A stretch of DNA of 64,000 bases from positions 5,250 to 69,249 of IMG/VR virus record IMGVR_UViG_3300023179_008779; one strand, written 5' to 3'. Under the pieces are notes generated by a model. It ran no database searches. It saw only the letters and a program-made list of their open reading frames with translations, and was not told the origin of the DNA. This document shows, piece by piece, positions 59,569-64,000 of this stretch. The position numbers were made by a program, and so were the translations under genes. How positions within the stretch are numbered: position 1 is the first letter of the stretch; the number at the start of each line of letters is the position of its first letter. The DNA is from a virus.

Positions 59569-60644
59569 GGGGTTTGATTCTCGCCGGCGGCAGCGGAACT
59601 CGACTCCGACCCATCACACACACAGGTGCCAAGCAACTTGTTCCGGTTGCAAACAGGCCAATAATCTTTTACGTGATCGACTGCCTCGCGGCAGCTGGCA
59701 TCAAGGAGATAGGAGTTGTTGTGTCGCATGAGACTTCCGCGGAGATCCAAAGCACAGTCGGCGACGGATCTAATTGGGATGTTTCCATAACCTACATCAC
59801 ACAATCGCGCCCTGGTGGTCTTGCCCATGCAGTCCTTGAATCAAAGGACTTCTTGGGAACCGATGATTTCTGCATGTTCCTGGGCGACAATCTTGTCGGG
59901 GATCAAATGCTCGCCACCGCTCTTCGCTTTGATGCCGATAAGTCTGTGTCAGCGTCCCTCCTGCTTAAGGAGGTCCCTAATCCAACCGCGTACGGGGTCG
60001 CAGAGGTCGACAGGTCAGGCCGCATCGTCGGCCTTGAGGAAAAGCCGAAGCATCCCAAGAGCGATCTTGCTCTAGTAGGAATCTACTTTTTTAGGCATGA
60101 TATTTTCGACGCCATAGCCAAGATAGGCCCGTCCCGCCGAGGCGAGCTAGAGATTACAGATGCAATCAACGTGCTGATACGTGATGGCAAGAGGGTCGAG
60201 TTCAGTGTTCTTGGATCCTGGTGGCTTGACACCGGAAAGAAGGATGATCTCATCCTTGCCAACAGCACGGTCCTCGATGACCGAGCGAGGAGATCCGTGC
60301 TCGGATCAGTCGATTCAATCTCCTCTATATCCGGCAGGGTCACTATCGATGCCGGTGCATTGGTGGAGGGTTCGATCATCCGCGGCCCAGCCGCCATAGG
60401 CCCATATTCCATCATAAAGAATTCGTACGTTGGACCCTATACATCCATCGATTCTGGCGCTTCGATAATCAACAGCAGAGTTGAAAATTCAATCATCATG
60501 CAGGGATCAGAGGTGGTGGGAGCCAACATTGCCGACAGCGTCCTCGGCCGCAGAGTGTCCGTCAGACCTGCAATGCAGAAGCTCAGCAAGTCTCTATGCC
60601 TCATGGTTGGAGACGATTGTAAGATTGAAATTCCGGAGGAGTGA
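59565..60644 (+). CDS. rmlA: Glucose-1-phosphate thymidylyltransferase (long form)
   Basis: LAGGSGTRLRP...KQLVPV, LGDN, EEKP, RGELEITDA, WLDTG; C-terminal beta-helix extension. Confidence 0.92.
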   Translation: MRGLILAGGSGTRLRPITHTGAKQLVPVANRPIIFYVIDCLAAAGIKEIGVVVSHETSAEIQSTVGDGSNWDVSITYITQSRPGGLAHAVLESKDFLGTDDFCMFLGDNLVGDQMLATALRFDADKSVSASLLLKEVPNPTAYGVAEVDRSGRIVGLEEKPKHPKSDLALVGIYFFRHDIFDAIAKIGPSRRGELEITDAINVLIRDGKRVEFSVLGSWWLDTGKKDDLILANSTVLDDRARRSVLGSVDSISSISGRVTIDAGALVEGSIIRGPAAIGPYSIIKNSYVGPYTSIDSGASIINSRVENSIIMQGSEVVGANIADSVLGRRVSVRPAMQKLSKSLCLMVGDDCKIEIPEE

Positions 60645-60645
60645 G

Positions 60646-61485
60646 ATGAAGACGTTGATATTCGGGAAAGGCATGCTGGGGAGGAGGATTGCTGATTATC
60701 TACCCGGCTCAGTTCTTTCTTCTGAGGACATCACGGATCCCATTGCTATAACATGGGAGATCATGAGGCACCAACCCGATGCCGTCATCAACGCCGCGGG
60801 CAAGACCGGACGTCCCAATGTCGATTGGTGTGAGGAACATCGTGAAGAGACCTATCGATCAAACGTTGTTGGACCGTTAGCTCTTGCAGAGGTCTGTGCC
60901 CACAAGAATCTTTACCTACTTCACATGGGCAGTGGCTGTATCTTCTATGGAAGATCACCCGATCCAGTTGGGTGGAGAGAAGAAGATTATGCAAACCCCG
61001 TTTCTTTTTACGCACGGACCAAGTATTCAGCAGATTTGATCTTATCAAAATTACCCAACATTTCGATCGTTCGCATAAGGATGCCGATCGACTCGTTACC
61101 TGGGTCCAGGAATTTGATCGACAAGTTGGTGCAGTATAAGAAGATCGTCAGCGCTGATAATTCAGTGACTGTCGTTGAAGATCTATTGAAGGTTATCGAA
61201 GGAGTTGTTAGTCAGAGGGCTACGGGTATATTTCATGCCACGAACCCAGGTGTCATGAGGCATGAAAATCTCTTGGGCCTCTATAAGCAGTACGTTGATC
61301 CATCACACACATGCGAATTTACGACTCCTGAGGATCTTTTAAGAGAAGGTCTCATCACCAAGGAGCGATCTAATTGTATTCTTTCTTCTCGACGCTTGGA
61401 AGAATTGGGGCTGGGCATGAGACATATCAGTGTTGCACTACCTGATGTCGTTAAGAAATATGCCGCGGTAGTTATTGGAACTTAA
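60646..61485 (+). CDS. dTDP-4-dehydrorhamnose reductase, NRS/ER-like (possible bifunctional 3,5-epimerase/reductase)
   Basis: Start MKTLIFGKGMLG at 60646; AAGKTGRPNVDWCE, GSGCIF, YARTK, RIRMPI, RSNCIL. Confidence 0.8.
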   Translation: MKTLIFGKGMLGRRIADYLPGSVLSSEDITDPIAITWEIMRHQPDAVINAAGKTGRPNVDWCEEHREETYRSNVVGPLALAEVCAHKNLYLLHMGSGCIFYGRSPDPVGWREEDYANPVSFYARTKYSADLILSKLPNISIVRIRMPIDSLPGSRNLIDKLVQYKKIVSADNSVTVVEDLLKVIEGVVSQRATGIFHATNPGVMRHENLLGLYKQYVDPSHTCEFTTPEDLLREGLITKERSNCILSSRRLEELGLGMRHISVALPDVVKKYAAVVIGT

Positions 61486-61492
61486 TTCAACA

Positions 61493-61510
61493 CATATATA
61501 GACTATAGAT
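61493..61510 (+). promoter_or_regulatory. Conserved upstream element, copy 2 (CATATATAGACTATAGAT)
   Basis: Near-identical to 56782..56799. Confidence 0.65.
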
Positions 61511-61527
61511 CAGCAGGAAAGACAGAC

Positions 61528-62652
61528 ATGAGACGAACACTCACGCCCAACAGACTCAAGATGATAATGAAGGCAGCGGCAAAGCGCACATTGCGTGAGG
61601 CTCGTGATCACTACGTAGATCTTGTCCTTGAAGAGGAGGACAAAGCCCCAGAACCAGAGGGTGGCTCAGAAGAAACACCTGACGTCGAGCTCGACGTTTC
61701 GAAGGGTCCTTCTGCTGCTGTTGCTTACCTCAATGGTCCCGGAGCTGACAAGAGAGTCAGGGCTTTGCTCGATGCAGGAAGGGACGACGGATCCGAGGAC
61801 GATGAAGCAGCCGCAGTTTCTGAAGGATCTGCAACGATCGGCGATCTCGTACCCACCCAGGTCGAGATAGAGTTGACCAAGTCCATTGCCTACCCCCTTG
61901 CAAACTTCAAGTCCATGAAGAAGATGATCAGCGGCGGCGTCCAGAAGATCGCCGACACCATGATCGTCAAGTCAGGGAAACTCATCGTCGACGGCCACCA
62001 CCGTTGGTCCTCCCTCTTCTCTGTCGCTGGTCCCAAGGGAGTGATCGCGGCGGTCGACATCTCGCTGCCCGAGACCGATGCTGCATCGGTCCTGGCCATC
62101 GTCCAGACAGCGATCGCAGCGACAACCGATGGCCCTGTCCCGAAGGCCAAGGCGGGCGGCATGAACATCCTCGGTAAGAGCAAGGACGAGCTTGTCAAGC
62201 TAATCACGTCGGCTGTCGGTCAGAGCGGTGAGGCAGGCGAGATTCTGTCTGATGATTACGTCTCCGCTTGCCTGTCGGATCCCGCTGTTTCGAAGCACTT
62301 TGGTCTTGCAGGCTCATCCGAGAAGGAAGAGACAAAGGCAGAGTCCCGCCGCAGAGGCAAGCTCCTTGAGGCTCAGGGCGAATCAGACGAAAAGATCGAG
62401 CAGGCTCGTAAAGCAATCATTGAAAAGGTCGCAGACAACCTCTCACAGATGAACCAGCCCGCCGAGGGATCTCCTCCACGCGTCGACATGCCGCAGCTCG
62501 ACAAGGCAGGCAAAGGCGCCCAGGGCGTCTTCGATGCGCTAAAGTCCGGTGAGGTCAACTACAAGGCTCCTTTCAAGGCTGAATCAAAAAGCCGTAGCGG
62601 TCAAGTCATGGTCGAGCGCTGGCAGCGTCTTGCCGGCATCATCAAGGGTTGA
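61528..62652 (+). CDS. Leader-bearing ParB/Srx-like domain protein (paralog of 56814)
   Basis: LVPTQ...LIVDGHHRWS; PPRVDMPQL; C-terminus VMVERWQRLAGIIKG. Confidence 0.75.
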   Translation: MRRTLTPNRLKMIMKAAAKRTLREARDHYVDLVLEEEDKAPEPEGGSEETPDVELDVSKGPSAAVAYLNGPGADKRVRALLDAGRDDGSEDDEAAAVSEGSATIGDLVPTQVEIELTKSIAYPLANFKSMKKMISGGVQKIADTMIVKSGKLIVDGHHRWSSLFSVAGPKGVIAAVDISLPETDAASVLAIVQTAIAATTDGPVPKAKAGGMNILGKSKDELVKLITSAVGQSGEAGEILSDDYVSACLSDPAVSKHFGLAGSSEKEETKAESRRRGKLLEAQGESDEKIEQARKAIIEKVADNLSQMNQPAEGSPPRVDMPQLDKAGKGAQGVFDALKSGEVNYKAPFKAESKSRSGQVMVERWQRLAGIIKG

Positions 62653-62653
62653 C

Positions 62654-63754
62654 ATGCCCACGCCTCGGTTCAGGGATCTGACACCCGAGGCTGCAGTCTC
62701 AGTGGTGGATGCCTTCCTCGGGGAGGCATCACCTCTTGAGTTCACAGAGAAGTTGGCGGGTCAGCATCTCACTGCCGTCATTCATCCCGACGGGTCTATC
62801 CGTTATTCGATCAAGCGGGGCTCCGAAGGTAGCGGAGGTTATTTCCCTGATGTTGAACGCGCGCTAAATTCATATCATCCACCCATTGATGCACCGCTCA
62901 AGTATCATTTTGAGATCCTACAAAGAGATCGTCGTCCTGATTACATAGACTATCCCCTCACCTCTGATGTCACTGTCGTTGAGTTTGGTGGGGAGATGAA
63001 GGCATCAACTGCTCGAGCCCTCAACTCCGCCCAGGACCGGGTTAGGTTCATGACTCGAGATGAGATACACAAGTCACTGCATGGCGTGATTAATGACCCA
63101 TCAATCCGTGGGAGACTTCTAGCGTTTAGGGAGCTAGCATCTAAGGGTCGGGTGCCAAAAGCTAGCATGATTGAGATCGAAGAGATCTTGATGGATCAAA
63201 TAGACAGTGGCCGGATTCCCTCCACACTCGGCGGACCGAGGATAGAAGGGTTGTTTGGGTCGTCCCCCGCTGCGGGGACATTCAAGATCCCGTCACGTTC
63301 GTATGCTGATGTCCAACGTCGCCAGTCAAAATTCTATGTGATGGTTCGTTCTGGTAAATCTAGCAAGATGCCCGAGCGATTCACGGCAGCTGTGGACGAC
63401 CCGTCGGGCGATCAAGCTGTGGCAGACGTGTTGGAGTACATCGACTACGTTTCTTCGACTGGAATACCTGCTGGATTCAAGGTGTTCTTCTCACCCAGCG
63501 AGATGCGGGATCTCAAGTCGCTCGCTGATGAATACAGATCTGGATCGGCTTCCGCCGGCGATTCACTTGCCCGTAGGTTCTTCACTCGTGTCAAGTCCCG
63601 AAATGGCTGGGTGTCTTCTAGCCTCAAGGAGTCACTCAGGGACAATCAGAGAATATCTCGAGATAATCGGAAGAGGATATCTGTGGAACAATATCAGAGT
63701 AATACCCTGAGGCTCATAAGATCGTATGTGAGATTGTATATCATCGGTGGGTGA
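62654..63754 (+). CDS. Divergent ligase/nucleotidyltransferase-superfamily protein
   Basis: Likely start MPTPRF at 62654; FTEKLAG (motif I-like), HFEIL, IEGLF, FKI. Confidence 0.5.
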   Translation: MPTPRFRDLTPEAAVSVVDAFLGEASPLEFTEKLAGQHLTAVIHPDGSIRYSIKRGSEGSGGYFPDVERALNSYHPPIDAPLKYHFEILQRDRRPDYIDYPLTSDVTVVEFGGEMKASTARALNSAQDRVRFMTRDEIHKSLHGVINDPSIRGRLLAFRELASKGRVPKASMIEIEEILMDQIDSGRIPSTLGGPRIEGLFGSSPAAGTFKIPSRSYADVQRRQSKFYVMVRSGKSSKMPERFTAAVDDPSGDQAVADVLEYIDYVSSTGIPAGFKVFFSPSEMRDLKSLADEYRSGSASAGDSLARRFFTRVKSRNGWVSSSLKESLRDNQRISRDNRKRISVEQYQSNTLRLIRSYVRLYIIGG

Positions 63755-63788
63755 AATCTGGTGTACCGGTAGTGTAGTGTAGAACTAC

Positions 63789-64000
63789 ATGTGGATCTTT
63801 ACTAATTTTGGTTTCTTTTCAACCGTCCGCCACCGCACAGACAAAGATAAGCTTCTCGTGAGAGGCAGGTCTCGAGGTGACATGATGGCGTTGATTGCCC
63901 GTTACGGCGACACTCTAGGGCTCAAGGAGTCTGACGTGAAGCAGACCCCAAGCGCTGATTATCTCTATCGGTTTACGGTTCTTGAGCACCGTTGGGCGGC
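63789..64000 (+). CDS. Hypothetical phage protein, truncated by window edge
   Basis: Manual translation MWIFTNFGFFSTV...LLVRGR...ADYLYRF, open to the window end. Confidence 0.6.
   Translation, partial: MWIFTNFGFFSTVRHRTDKDKLLVRGRSRGDMMALIARYGDTLGLKESDVKQTPSADYLYRFTVLEHRWA

Noticed and set aside
56814-62652. ParB-like genes as a plasmid/prophage partition system
   Set aside because: No ParA, no HTH or parS-like palindromes were noticed; only the catalytic ParB/Srx-like core is present.
1-64000. Stop-codon reassignment, as seen in some large phages
   Set aside because: Core genes are full length under code 11, and TAA, TAG and TGA all terminate recognisable genes, including TAG for the capsid gene.
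1-64000. tRNA or rRNA genes
   Set aside because: No cloverleaf with a T-loop consensus was noticed in the short intergenic gaps; tRNAscan-SE would be needed to exclude them formally.

Overview
This window is a 64 kb segment of a large tailed phage genome, distantly T4-like and probably a jumbo phage, using the standard genetic code. From left to right it holds: a minus-strand glycosylation cluster (1-8.7 kb); a proteostasis/regulatory block (degenerate GroEL-like protein, ClpP, DinG helicase, Hc1-like protein, sigma-region-4 protein, PIN-PhoH); large probable virion/baseplate genes (16-31 kb); a gp4/TnsA-like nuclease, RuvC-like resolvase, primase and fused Mre11-Rad50 (gp47-gp46); the head module (terminase, portal with a Pro1 class-3 HNH intein, gp21 protease, scaffold, gp23-type major capsid); homing endonucleases; and an accessory region with a dTDP-rhamnose cassette. 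The most striking signal is a short N-terminal leader (M-K-I-T/R-x-x-Q-L-R-x-I-I-R/K-E-E ... L-x-E) shared by about 12 otherwise unrelated proteins. Their cargo includes ADP-ribosyltransferase-like, GNAT-like, ParB-like, SH3-like and membrane domains. Two of them also end in the same RWxRLAGI motif as the capsid scaffold, and most sit behind an ATANTTA promoter-like motif. I infer a modular capsid-targeting, protease-cleaved payload system. All annotations come from motif recognition by eye; no database searches were run.
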